A stretch of 64,000 nt of DNA from Eledone cirrhosa (taxonomy: Eukaryota): assembly GCA_964016885.1 (NCBI GenBank), contig OZ024740.1, positions 349,618,001 through 349,682,000 of the forward strand. Direction: 5' to 3'. Below the pieces are notes generated by a model that searched no databases, was not told the origin of the DNA, and saw only the letters and a program-made list of their open reading frames with translations. Positions 1 to 13,135 of the stretch are shown one piece after another (position 1 is the first letter of the stretch; each line of letters starts with the position of its first letter). The translations under genes were made by a program, and so were the position numbers.

Positions 1-853
1 TGTCCTACTTTCCAAGAGCTAACCTACTTTCTGATGAGAGTTTCACTGGCAGTGTATATACAATGAGGGAGGAGAAGGAGGAGGAAAGAAAGGAGAGAGG
101 GCGATGGTAAGAAATATGTGAACGAGTGAGGGGAAGAGGAGATGGAAAGACGAGGAGTGAAAGAAGAGAGGCCAGAGGAGTAGTAATAGTGATGGGGAAG
201 AAGTGAGTTGTCAGCAAAGTTCACAGAAATACAATTAAGCATTTCGTGCAGTCTAAATGCATGCAAAGAGACGCAGAAAGCTAGTAACAAGGGTGAAGTG
301 AGAGGGGGAATTCCCAAACATTACACATACTCATTCATACGTAATGCAAACGGGTACAAATAAAAGCACGCACATTACTCACACAATAATAATAATATAT
401 ATATAAAACACACACAATAAATATATATATATATATAAATGAAAGGTATAGAAAACATTGTAGCAAAAAACCATATTTATATATATATATTGTAATCCTG
501 TGTAGCCACATATTGGTATGTTATTATACATTCATAAAAGATTATCAAATATAGAACACCATGCGATGTGTAGAGTCAAGATATATATAACGCGCAAAAG
601 AAAAATCACTATCAAAAACAGGAGACAATACGAAACATCGATACTGTCTCTTCAGATGCCCCTGGATGGATTAGTGCGATTTCAACGCGAAGGACAGCGC
701 TACCGATATCCAGTGTGTCAGAAATTGTGAATAAATAACACGCTACTGATATCAATATATAAAATAGCTGAGCTAAAGGAAATAATTCAAGTGGGTCAAT
801 AACATAAATTTGGATAATTAAATTATGAGGTGCTGAACTAAAAGGTGCGTGCG

Positions 854-888
<35 letters not shown>

Positions 889-1391
889 TGAATTAATTGA
901 GGTTTCTTTCTTAGATTGAGATATAAAACAAAACCTAGCGATATGTAAAAAAAGGGAGTAACGGAATTTCAAGAAATTAAAAATTAATTTCATAAAACTG
1001 ATTTACATGCCTAAGGGCGAAATTTGAGCTTTGTTTCTGCAAATCATACACAAACTTATTAAACAAGGAAGGGGCGGACATTAGATATTGTATTCCAAAG
1101 ATGGAATAGTTACGGTTAGAATACCTTCGATCGCAAACATGTTCGACAGCGGTAATCTGTGATTGAACAACAACAAACAAGAAAAATAGTTCACAAAGGG
1201 AGAGCGATGCTCATGGCATTCACAGACACTATCGAATTGGAGAACTTAACGTGGTTGATATTGAATCTCGATCTTTGCCGCTTTCGTGCAAGGGAACATT
1301 TCTAGGGAAATGTAGCTATGGTAGGAAGCACTGCGAACAATTAGAGGTTCGTAGGCGAGACACAATAGGAGTGACGAGAGAACCAAATGTA

Positions 1392-2535
1392 GGGCAAACG
1401 GTGGTATTAAGCCCCAGGGGGAAATTAAGCACCACCACACTACAAATGCATTATAGTTATACTTGGCACATCAGCCAAGAACCAATCAGAATGTGTTTTT
1501 CTTGAAAAGGAAATTATACGAAGACCAATGAATTGAAGCGTTAGTTTCTATCAAAATTTGAATCTGCAGCTCTTCGTTGTATTTACAAAGTGTCAGATCT
1601 TCTTTGTCTTTGGTGTTCAGTTATATCCACAACTGATGTTTTCACCATTTCACTGTTTACAGATTTTAAAAAAATTGTCAGTAGTCTGTTAAAGTACTAA
1701 GGTAACTTCTTATACCTTGAGTACATGTCTGATTTATCTAAATAATAGACTCATGGGTAAGGGTAGTGTTTGTCTAATTAGATTTAATTAGGGATAAAGA
1801 AAAAAATGGCCGCCGTGGTAGTGATATTTTTTAGAATCCCAAAATCAGAAAATATACATGGTGGTTGTTATATGGGCATTGTTTTATGGGGTCGGTGGGT
1901 AATTTCTATAGCCTGACATGAATGTCATTTGAAAATGTCTGGTATCTAATGCTCATAAGAGATTTCTTTTTGTCACAAATGTTGTCTCTAGCTGTCCCAA
2001 ACATTAAGGCAAAATTGGATTGTGGGACATTTATACCTATATACAAGGAAAGAAGCGTTCTTTGCTTGGTTTATTTAGTTTTTATTGTGTAAATAAACAA
2101 CTGAGCTCAGCTAGGCGCTGTGCACAGATCCTGAGGTTGTTAGGGCCTGGTTTGATTTATTAGACAAGGAACTTTCACGGGCAGGTGTGAAGGTTTGCCT
2201 GAACAAATATTCAATGAACTGTGTTGGCCTCTATTGCACTTCAAAGGAAATTGAAGGCGGAATAGATGTGCGATAACTGCACCCAGTAGACCTAAATTGG
2301 AACTAAAACATCATGAACTCGAGACTGGGGTCTAATGCCCCGCACGTGTGGGTAATAGACTCCACTTTAAAGGTCACTGTTTTAAAATAAACGATGTATT
2401 TTTTTTTTCAATAAATTTGCTGAAATTTATTGACAATTTATTTATTTGTTCAGATTAGTTTTATGTTTAGCTTTCCCTCCTAAGGCTTAAAAAAAATTAA
2501 TCGAAAAGTGTGGAGCTTAATGCCCCCATTTCCCC
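1392..2535. mobile_element. Putative non-autonomous TIR DNA transposon (Tc1/mariner-pogo type, TA target)
   Basis: Left end TA|GGGCAAACGGTGGTATTAAGCCCC resembles the reverse complement of the right end GGAGCTTAATGCCCCCATTTCCCC|TA. TA flanks both ends. Subterminal repeats lie near 1416-1435 and 2327-2342. No transposase ORF. Confidence 0.5.
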
Positions 2536-3829
2536 TAAGTGTATTGAATTGACATATATACACACATACAAACACATCGCGCCTCCAATTTACACACATT
2601 TACAGCATACTATATATTTTGAATTGAAGATTTGTAGGTCCAGTAGATATGCCGAATGCTGTTTTTTCCCCCGCGCTCTATATTCGTAAAGAAAAGCACA
2701 AATTATACGTCAGTATACACAGGGCTGGCGAGGTAGATAGATAGGAAATACAAACTAGATAACTCTTCGGTAGATGCAGTTCCTCACTGCGTGCAATCGC
2801 TCAGGCAACAAAGAGCTCAATGGGGAATAGGGTCATTGACGTGGGCCAATGGCTAATATTGTCATATGAGGGATATTTGGCTGCTATTTCTAGCTGATCA
2901 AGCAACTACATAGAAACTCCCCGGTTTCGATTATAATGAGAGACAGAAAAGAGACACCACGCCTGTAAGCTGGGTAATGGTTATAGAGTGTTGATGAGTG
3001 TGAATCTTTGCCAAATGGCCGGATGGCCTATTTTTGTTTTTGATGCGGTGAATGTCCTAATCGATATCCGCTATATGGTCACATATTCAGCTAGAGTAGC
3101 CTACAGATATAAAGCCCACTGATACCTCAGGAATGAAGAACATAAGGCTGATAAAAATATAACCTATTATTATATGAAATCATGATAGAGCATATGAATT
3201 TAGACCATTTTGCGTTATGTAAATATGTTTTCCCCATATACATTATTCAGTAATCCATATACCATATAGTGTATCTTATATCTCCATTGGCAATTTGTCA
3301 TGCTAGCATATATTAAAATAAATTCATATGCTGTATATTGGGTTCCCTAATTATCTTCTTTCACATTTTGCTATGCCTGCTGCATATACATATTTTATTC
3401 TATTTTTGTTGTTTACATATACAAAATTTATTCAATCAAATGATATACAATGTTTCCAACGGTTAATTATCCCTGTTGGCTTTCCGTCATATTTACACCT
3501 ACAGAACATGTTAATTCTTATTCTGTTTGCTGCTTCCTATAATTATACCCTTCTACTGTTTGTACAACCAATGCTGGAAGAGAACATAATTATTATAAAA
3601 TGTGTATCTCTGACTGAGATAACAAGTAAGTCAGCAATACCAAGAATTGCAAAGATCATAACCAAAAACGAAACTGCAATTATCTTATTACTAATGAACT
3701 GTTCTCGTGTTACATTTTATTTTTATTTTAATATTATTTTCAATTCACAGTTACTTCTTCATAATTAGGCGTAATATAATTTGCATACACAGCAATGAAT
3801 CAACTAGTCAATATATACACGGACGTTTC

Positions 3830-3995
3830 ATATTGCTAGAAATCTGAGGCAAATTTGCCATAAATCATACCACATAAATCACAAAAACAATATAGACAAT
3901 ATAGAAAATAAAGTGATCGTCACGACTGGACTGGAAAGCTATTCATCCATAAATTTGCTTAATGAAGGCTGATCAGGAGTTAAACAATAACAATG
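3830..3995 (+). repeat. Interspersed retroposon-like repeat, family D (GCTAGAAATAGCAGCCAAATCTCCCTCAAATCAC core, (AAC)n tail)
   Basis: Related copies at about 5010-5175 (+), 41670-41820 (+), 2867-2925 (-), 8780-8905 (-), 37345-37550 (-), 37655-37800 (-), 40700-40745 (-) and 49730-49885 (-). Confidence 0.55.
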
Positions 3996-4269
3996 TGCTG
4001 ATCTTAAAAATTAGATTAGTTGACTACTCAGACAAATTTGTTCTTTCTTAAAGCCAGTATATCGATTTCTTTGAATTTCTAATTCTTTAACATTGAAATA
4101 CTGGATCGATAAATGTTGCCCAAATGTATTCAATTAAGACATTTGTGCGTACTGTTGTCACAATATATTGTCAGAATCGCACTCCAATCCCAAAGGCAAT
4201 GACTGATTAAGAAAACTTCGATTACACTGCATACAACTACTAACCCGAAGATGAGGAGCCAGCGTATGT

Positions 4270-4560
4270 TGGACCTTCGTCGATTGCGACCTCGAGTGTT
4301 CCAGCTGAACAATCTACTTATGAAATTAACGTGCAAATGGTTCAGCATCCCACAGACATGTGTAGCCTTAACGTAGTTCTCGGGGAGATTCAGCGTGATA
4401 GCGTGTGACAAAACTGTTCCTTGGAATTACAGGTATAATTCATTTTTGCCAGCTGAGTGGACTGGAGCAACTTGAAATAAAGTGTCTTGCTAAAGAAAAA
4501 AACCCATCACCTGGAATCGAACTCACGACCTAACGATCGTGAGCCGAACGTAGTAATCAA
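4270..4560 (-). mobile_element. tRNA-derived SINE family B (CORE-like central block)
   Basis: The minus strand reads a box B-like GAGTTCGATTCC followed by AGCAAGACACTTTATTTC. Matches copies at 7071-7200 (+), 51308-51423 (-) and 56850-56992 (-). Confidence 0.75.
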
Positions 4561-6884
4561 GGAACTTTAAAGCCACCTACTAATTTTGAGGTCTTTAAGT
4601 GCAGCATTCTTTGAATGTAATCAACAAAAGTTGTATTACATGTATTCATAATATATCAATGTTTCGCCTTATGGGTATTTACAACAGCATACAATAGATG
4701 GTGGTTTCTTCCATTGATTACCCTAATATATATTTGCTTCCACAAATCAAGAATCACTGCAGTTGCTAATACAATATCAATGCAAAACACTTTTTTGTAG
4801 ATAGTGCGTTTGCTCTAATGTATGAATGAATAATGTCATTTTAAAAAATGTTTACATTTTTATTTTTTACTTGAATAAATATATAATTACATTTTTGCAG
4901 TTTACATAATTACATATTTCTGTAATTTCAATAAAATGCTCTTTAATAAAGTCTTATTAGATTATAATATTTGACTCAAGCGAACCCATGAGAGCCAATG
5001 CGTGATGGCACAACAGCTAGAAATAGCAAGCTAATCTCCCTCAAATCACATCAGACAGTCTCAAATAAACAAAGGATGCGCAATAGATAACGTAGCTCTA
5101 CTAAAAAAAAAAAAAAGGTGTGAAAACTACAGCTGGAATGCGTCTGCTAGATCAGTGTTAATGTGGTTTTAAAGAACAGTTAATTCAATGCGGCTTTCAA
5201 ATATAGTCTAAATACTGAAACTTCTGCACTCTTGCAGTATCACTCTTCTTCCTTCCTTCCTTCCTTCCTTCCTTCCATCATCATCATCATCAACAACAAC
5301 AACCTCTCGGACCGATATGTAATTACCGTCACCTAAAACCCACCCGGTGTATCTGAAAATTTTACATCATTCCTCCATGTAGGCAACACTCCGTAACAGG
5401 CTTCGTAGCTACGCTATCCTCTCCACACGCCCCGACAAGGCAATCTCAGAGTTCATGTTCCATTGTAAACATAACAATAAGGGAGTGCTTATACATCCTG
5501 CTACGGCGGCGTTGAGCAAGGCAACTGATGCATAACTCATGTAACCCCAACATTAATCTTAATTCGGTGTTATCTTCGACTAAACCTAAAGGGAACTAGG
5601 CAAACAATAGCTAAAGAAAAACATAAATATAGAATAGAAAATACAAAGACTATTCAAAATGTAGGTCATAAGAAATAAATTAAGGGAATGGTGACTACTA
5701 TTCCCCTCACCATTTTTACCATGGACACGTAAACTTTCATTAACCTCGTATTGATAGGGGAGAATGGATTTGATTGAGTAGCCCTTGATTCTCGTGACCT
5801 ATCTGGCAGCAGCTCTGTCTTAAGACGGCGAAAAATAGATTGGAAAGTGTGTGACACCATAAGACGATAGAGGTAGGGAGGGAAGAGAAGAAATAGAAAA
5901 AAGAAGGTTGGTGAGATGGCACGGGGAAGAAAAGGTGAGATGAGGTCAGCAAAAAATGGCGGGGGCTTAGTAAGCTACTATGTTCGTTCAGCTCAGAAAA
6001 TATATTCTGTCCCTGATGTTTCTGACAACCACGAGCTCCCTAGTGAAATGTCACACCACAAATGGAAATGTGAGTCAACAAGACCTACACGATCGCACAA
6101 CTTGCAGCTAAATATTCCTTTAGCCCAGGGTTTCCCAACCTGGGCGATTTCAACTGTGGGTGGCTGATTAGCAACAGAACAAAAAATGGTGGGCGATTGG
6201 AACTTTTCAAATAGTTCTTCGGAAGAATTAACATCTTTTTTTTTTCTCGGATATAAATCAGATAAGGAAAGACCAAGATCAACTTTGCCAATAAAATTAA
6301 ACTCACCAGCGCCCCAACACCGATAGATCACACAGCTTGAAAGACGGATGAGAGTGGCGATCATGATCCAAGTCAACGGGTCGGCTCTAAGTATGCGCCT
6401 GTAAACTGCAAGACAGCTAGGAGGGGGCACTTTTTGTGGCTTTTCTCCAAGAGTGACACTCAGAAATATACCCCCTATCTGGGAATTTATTTTTTTTTAT
6501 TTTTTTAATTTTACATGTTTTTGTAATATATTTTTACACGAAAAAAATAAAATAAATCCCACACTATCGTCTTGAACCATCATTAAACTTTGTGGTTAAT
6601 AAAGAAATTATTATTTAAATTCATCAACATAGTCGTAATTTACATCTTCGGAAACATATCTCTGCAGGATTATATTTTAAAATGTTCGTTAATAAGGAAA
6701 TCAAGAGGAAACGAGTCCAGAGAGTGTCATTTAATTGTTGTTATACTGATAGTAAAAGATGAATATTCAGCGATCAGGAGGAAATGCAGTGGTTTCTCTT
6801 AAAAGAATGTCTGTGTTCAGCAGGAACACCATTACATGGGGAAAAGTCTTGAAGTTATTTAGCGATTATATCGATGCTAACACG

Positions 6885-7010
6885 TATTTCCTGAGTTCAA
6901 ATCCCGCCGGGGTTAACTTTGCCTTTCCTCCTTAGGGGGTCGATAAAATAAAGTACCAGTAATACACTGAGATAATTGCTGGCCTTGTGCAAAAAGTAGA
7001 AACAATTATT
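6885..7010 (+). mobile_element. SINE family A, 5'-truncated
   Basis: GAGTTCAAATCC box B, AACTTTGCCTTTC...GGGGTCGATAAAATAAAGTACCAG core and GCTGGCCTTGTGC...AGAAACAATTA tail. Confidence 0.8.
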
Positions 7011-7070
7011 TGATGAACTACTACGTTACGGGACAGTAACCAAGACCATACACATACAATATAAGTATAT

Positions 7071-7200
7071 GAAGGCGCGTGGCTTAGTGGTTAGAGTTGG
7101 ATTCGCAATCGTGAGGTTGCGAGTTCAATTCTCGGATCGGGTGATGCGTTGTGTCCTTGAGCAAGACACTTTATTTCATGTTGCTTCTTCCATCAGTTGC
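7071..7200 (+). mobile_element. SINE family B, 5' half
   Basis: Box A TGGCTTAGTGG, box B GAGTTCAATTC, then GTGTCCTTGAGCAAGACACTT. Confidence 0.75.
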
Positions 7201-7417
7201 GACCGGTAGATAGTATCAGCAATGGAAAGACCAATGGTCCGATTTGACGTGGTCCACCTCAGTCGGAAAGCGAATGAGGTCTGGTATCTTGTTGATCGAT
7301 CAGAGCGATATGTATGCAGAATTGCAATTACTATTTTCCAAGCGATTGTCTACTCATTGAGTCATTTCTCGGGCAGTGTAATATATATATATGTGTGTGT
7401 ATATATATGTGTGTGTG

Positions 7418-7451
<34 letters not shown>

Positions 7452-7523
7452 AACGGTTCAATCGGGGGGTAACCACAGTATGTAAGGTACTCAATACATA
7501 GCAATATTGAATATAGAAATGGC

Positions 7524-7617
7524 TTCTACAGGACTAGAACTGTTTCATCCGAATGAAATCACCAGGAAATTTTTCCTAGTGATTTCCTTTGAATGAAACA
7601 GTTTTAGTCCTGTAGAA
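7524..7617. repeat. Imperfect palindrome (about 45-bp arms) built from a degenerate hammerhead-like PLE end
   Basis: TTCTACAGGACTAGAACTGTTTCAT...AGGAAA pairs with TTTCCT...ATGAAACAGTTTTAGTCCTGTAGAA. Confidence 0.8.
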
Positions 7618-8264
7618 AGAAGCCATTGAGAGAGAGAGAGAGAGAGTGTGTGTGTAACATGTAAGGTTAAAACATTTGCTGACTAACTCCTTGATTTATC
7701 TCTTTAATCTATTGGCAGATTTTTGTTTGTTTGTTATTTTTTTTAATAGAAGTTATTTATAGTCATAGGTCAATCTTAATTAGCAGTTGTACTCTTACAA
7801 CTTTCTATTCATTATTTGTTTTATAGTTATGTCATTGTTGTTGCTTTACCTACTCCCCACCACCACCACCACCCAACGTATACATATTACCAATTTACAT
7901 TTGTTTATGTAGTACCTTTCACCTGTTCTTAGAATCAACATATGTCCTACAATCCAACCACCTTGCCATCTTGGCAGTTCCCAAATAAACACACCATAGA
8001 TCTTATTACAAGACGACTGAGGAATAAATCTTTTCATAAAATCATTGTTTATTTAAAAAGTGCATAATTAGCGTTCTGTTGGGACATTGTTCGCGTTATA
8101 GCAATATGGAACACTGCAAATGTGAGAATCACAAACGCATAAAATAACTGTAATAACAGTTGGTCGCTATAGATAAAAGCTGAGAAAATCGAGTAAACTG
8201 CCTCTAGAGATGGGGGTGGGGGTAACCAGATGCGCCTATGAAGAATCGAACCTCGTATCTCTCG

Positions 8265-8357
<93 letters not shown>

Positions 8358-8949
8358 CAGTTTTGACAGCTAACAGATGACAATATTCACAGTAGGGTTC
8401 TATTCAACTTCAGTCACGTTAGTACCACGGGCTAAGTGTAGTCAAATTTCGGATGCATGCAATGGCTGAATGGTTAAAAAGTTTACTTCGGAATCATTAA
8501 GTTTCAGGGTTGATCCCACAACATAGGATATATGGCAAGTGTCTTTATTATAGTCTCGAATGTAAGAGAAATTGAATCAGCTGAAACAATGGAAGTCCAT
8601 CAGGTAGATTTGAACATGCAATTCAAAGATCCACGCTGATTGGGCTTAGAATTACGTTCAGAGTACATATGCCACTGAAATACTGAACCTCTTCTTCATG
8701 AGTTGTAAGTTCAGTTGGTCAGACAACCGAATGTTCATCGTAGAAACTGACGAAAGATCCATTATCATCAGTTAAATGTTGTTTGTTGGATAGTTGGGTT
8801 AACACCAGGTCAGCCAAAAAACATCGTGTCTGTTCAGATACAGTTTATCTTTTAAACAGTCGACAGGGTGTGCTTTGAGGGAAACTTGGCTCCTGTTTCT
8901 TGTCAAATTACATAAATCGAATCAAATTATATAAATTTGTGTTAAACGA

Positions 8950-9210
8950 ATTTGTTCTGAACGAATGGCTCGGTGGTCGTTGGGTGATCATCGGTCACTC
9001 GGTTTTAACACCACCACCTGTCTTTGGGCAGAGACCAATCTGTTGCCAATATACAAGCCATGTGTCTCCAGTTTGAAGATATCTTCCTCCAGTTTGAGCA
9101 TATCTTCCTCCCTTCTTCGCACCAGTCTCTACAATTTATATAAAAAAAAGTACTGAACATGTATGCACACATGTCATCGTCTGTATTCGTCCACAACAAT
9201 GTGAGAAATT
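8950..9210 (-). pseudogene. Decayed RTE-like LINE C-terminal fragment
   Basis: The minus strand gives broken CAYMFS..Y.CRDW..REED..KLE, resembling the RTE post-RT motif (V...LLYG.ETW...D...LE). Confidence 0.4.
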
Positions 9211-9214
9211 GTTA

Positions 9215-9634
9215 TCTATATTACTAAAACAGAGAATGTCTGTCTGTCTGTCTGTTCAATCACTAAAACTCGAGAACCGCACAACCGATTGTTTTCAAAC
9301 TTTACACATGTAATACTTACGGTCCTATTGAGTATTCTGAGCAAAACAAAATTCAAATTTTCAATGCCCTAGAGACCGCATTAGGCGATCTCTTTCTCTC
9401 TCTTAGTCTTTCTCTTTTTAGATAGATACATAGATATTACGTTGCGCCCTTATAATATCTGTCTGTATGCCTGGCTGTCTGAATTACGTCATTATGACGC
9501 GGTGTGCGTATGTGTGTATGTAGTGTGTAACGTGTTTCGAAATATTTACTTCTGCGTTCACAGATTTATTATTTTAGTTTCAGAAGATCCCGTTAAGGGT
9601 GAAAGCACCGATTCTTTGCTTAAACTTTAATCTG

Positions 9635-9727
<93 letters not shown>

Positions 9728-10045
9728 GTGTACAGATATTTTTGTATACACATATAAACCAAAGTATTTATTTCGCGATAATGTATTGATTTTCTTCGAA
9801 CGGAAAAAGACCCTGGTAATGTACGACGAACTTTTTTTTATAAGCATAAAATGTAGACACCAACCCGAGGCCGAGGTATTCCGTACTTCTCTGTACTGTT
9901 ATTTATATATTCGTGTACAGATATTTTTGCATGCACAATAACAAAATATAAACAAACGTATTTACTTCACGAGGCTCGAAAAGGATATATCAAATATATA
10001 AGAACCGTAGAGCAAATCCCGAGCAACGCCGGGACATTCTGCTAG
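9215..10045 (+). mobile_element. Non-autonomous Helitron
   Basis: 5' end A|TCTATATTACTAAAA followed by (CTGT)n. 3' hairpin TCCCG...CGGGA (10017-10034), then CTAG|T. A/T insertion site and no evident TSD. Confidence 0.75.
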
Positions 10046-10164
10046 TTGTTATCTAAATTGACTTAGCCTTTCATCCTTACGGGGTCGATAAAATAAAGTA
10101 CCAGTAATACACTGAATATTGCTGGCCTTGTGCCTAAAGTAGAAACAGTTATCTAAAATAATAA

Positions 10165-10360
10165 GGGCGAGAAATTGACAGGATCATTAAGTGTCCGAAA
10201 AAAATCCTTGTATATCCTCGCTCTTTATCATGCGGTGGTTAACTTTGCCTGTTATCCTTCCGGTATCAATAAAATAAAGTTCCAGTCACGTACTGGGATT
10301 GATATGATCGACTTTCCCCTTACCACAAATTTCTGGTTGTGTGCCTAAATTAGAAATCAT
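10165..10360 (+). mobile_element. SINE family A, diverged long form (partial copy also at 10060-10152)
   Basis: The core AACTTTGCC..TATCCTTCCGG..ATAAAATAAAGT.CCAGTCACG and the tail match the family. Confidence 0.7.
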
Positions 10361-10682
10361 CGTTACTGTTGTTGATGTTGTCACAACGTGTATTAAGAAG
10401 CTACACTATAAACAACCTTAGCTAAGTAGCGAAATCTAACACAATAAACCAACATTATCAATATCTACAAAATTATGCATCGGGCTAGAAAAAACAGAGA
10501 GCGGGGCGTATATATATATATATATATATTTAGCAAAATAACAGATTAAAGTTTAAGCAAAGAATCGCTGCTTTCACCCTTAACGGGATCTTCTGAAACT
10601 AAAACAAAAATCAATCTGTAAACGCAGAAGTAAATATTTCGAAAAACGTTGCAACCGAAGGAAGACAGGAAGACGATACTTT

Positions 10683-11170
10683 GGTTCGTGGAAACGTTCC
10701 CTGGCAAAGAACGGAAAGAAAACGAAGATAATACGTCATTATTTGTAGCGAGATAACAATTACACGCAAAGACAAAACCACGTTTATGGTATAAATGAAG
10801 TCGTAGACTGATATTCTATTAGGTGGTTCGTGGAGACGTTCTCTGGCAATGAACGGAAAAAACGAAGATAATGGCGGTGGATTGGCAGTATCGGTAGAGA
10901 GTCGGACGCCATGCTTTGACGCATAGAGTTACGGCCCTTGTCATTCTGAGTTCAAATCCTGCCGAGGTTTACTTTGCCTTTCATCCTTATGGGGTCGATA
11001 AAATAAAGTACCAGTCACGCACTGGGGTCGATTTAATCGACTTTCCCCTCCCCCCAAATTACTGGCCTTGTGCCTATATAAGAAACCATTATGTGGAGCG
11101 TCGAGAACAATTGCACGCAAAGACAAAACCACAGTTATGGTATAACTGAAGTCGTAGACTAAAATTCTAT
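10683..11170 (+). repeat. Direct tandem duplication of about 140 bp, second copy split by a SINE
   Basis: 10683-10820 matches 10825-10872 joined to about 11092-11170. Confidence 0.8.
10873..11091 (+). mobile_element. SINE family A, full-length long form
   Basis: Box A TGGCAGTATCGG, box B GAGTTCAAATCC, core GCCTTTCATCC...GGGGTCGATAAAA, and AGAAACCATTA tail. Confidence 0.9.
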
Positions 11171-11437
11171 TTAGGAAACCGAATGATTCTTGGCTTCAGA
11201 GTTAAGACTAATGTCAATAAATTACAGAGGTAATTGAAATCAACAAAAATTAAATATATACATGCACGCATCCATATATACGTACATACACATGCATACG
11301 CGAAAACACCCGCCATGGATATGCAAAATCAAGCACGTACACACAAAAAAAATACGCACGCACATACAGAACCCACGCAACACCTGTACCCGCACACATA
11401 CGAACGTATGCACCAAATACACACAAAAATATATATG

Positions 11438-11493
<56 letters not shown>

Positions 11494-11899
11494 CGTGCAT
11501 ATAATTATATAAATGTATATAAATATACACACATAAATATGTATATAACGCACGCACACACATACCTACATATAAATACACATATGTTCGCTAAACGTAC
11601 GTCAACCAAAACACAAAGTACACATATACACACACCCTACATACGCACGAACCCGCATGCTCACACAGACGCAGAACTCACGTATACACATAACCATATG
11701 CACATGTACCAGTATATATAATATAATATATACGCCTATAACATATACAATCAAATATACGTACGAGAAAGTATACGTACCTTCACAAAACATACAGGTA
11801 ATATATACTTACCAATACAAATAAGTAATGGTATAACCATAACATATACTTAGCTACCACATCAAGACGTAAAATATCCGCGTATAGTTCGTACTATCC

Positions 11900-13135
11900 A
11901 TTAGGGTATTATGTGGGGCTGTAATACAGGAAAGTTTTGTGCAATTTATGTTTACAAGCCGAAATTGCCTCAGATTTTTTGTTTAAGATGTGGTCTTTGG
12001 CGTAGAGTATTTCCATGGCTTCAGCGGCGCAGAGGTCACGGTCTTTTATTTCCGTTATACGATCTAGCCTTAGCTAGGATCTCCCAGTGTAACTTATATT
12101 GGGTGTGGTTGTCTTTTAGACTCCAGATATAAGCTGAAAGTGACGTCATATTCCTTCTTAAAGGGTAACGAAAAGAATGGGTATGCATGTAAAGACGCTG
12201 CTTGAATCTATTGGCGGTTAACCCTATGTAGGCCCTACGGGACGTGGGTGTTTCAACCTTACATTTGTAGACAATGTTACTAGAGAGGCATTTCCCGGAT
12301 AGGGGGCAGTCAACCCGATTCCTACAATTACAGTTCGTACTAGCTACAGGGTTGCACGTGTTCCTACGGCTAGGTAATTTAGCTAAATTTGAAGCTGTGA
12401 TGTTATGTGCACGGTTAGGAGTCGTAGAGTAAGAAATTTTAATGGTATTTCTATTAAAAATCTTACTATATTTATGTGTAGGGGGAAATGCTTCATAATA
12501 AGGGAGAGAAAGATCTTAGCTAATGGTGTGGCCCCCTCCATATTATATGGTGGGTTATACCATATAATGCGTCGGGATCTATTTTTCCTAGGTCTATTCT
12601 CATACTCCATATATGCTACCTTATCGACAAATCCACTCCGAGCAAGAGCTTCATTGTAATATGTGGAATGGTCGGTGAAAATATGCTCGTTTGTAGATAG
12701 ACGAGAAAGTCTCAAAGAAACGTTTCTTACCAGGTTCTTGGTTATGCTGGCAGGATGGTTAGAATGCTTACTTATGTAATTAAGCGTATCATTCGGCTTT
12801 CTATACGGGTAGTGCAAGCCATTCGACAAATTGAGGGTAACGTCGAGGTAATTAACGACCGAGAGGTTGGCCTTAACCTGTATGGAGAGGTTGAAGCCTT
12901 TAAAGAAGCTGTGAGTTCTTTTCTGAACCTGTCGCAAGCACGTGAGCCGCACTTTATCATGGTCAAAAGACCGTCATCATGGTACAAACCACCGCCCACG
13001 TTGGGGAATTCTTCCTTAATAGAGAAAAGAAGGAAAAGGCCGATAAGATCAGTAACCTTCGCAGAATCGCTGACGCCCATACTCACGTCGAATGGGGTAC
13101 TATTAGATTTTTTAATTCAAACAGAGTATATATAG
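11900..13135 (-). mobile_element. Penelope-like element, RT C-terminal half plus GIY-YIG endonuclease, frameshifted
   Basis: RT motifs FDVSMG..D.A...DLIGL, GLYHDDGL, VNYLDVTL..PYRKPND..SNHP and WYNPP. Manual translation of about 12340-11930 gives CNC..CPL.G.C, NIVY..YIGLT, FKQR..H, W..W, DLC..E, LNKKSE..CKH. Confidence 0.92.

Noticed and set aside
625-665. CTGAAGA on the minus strand
   Set aside because: No GAAA box in the correct position.
6126-6145. hAT-like terminus CAGGGTTTCCCAAC
   Set aside because: No matching second TIR or 8-bp TSD found.
9575-9620. CAGAAGA-stem-GAAA motif as an active hammerhead
   Set aside because: U4 is replaced by A and no stem I could be closed.
10873-10965. 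tRNA genes at A/B-box motifs (also 7071, 54200)
   Set aside because: These are SINE heads without a cloverleaf.
12030-12042. TGA at a conserved Cys of the PLE endonuclease (possible selenocysteine)
   Set aside because: The downstream DLCAAE is in another frame. A 2-nt deletion explains it.
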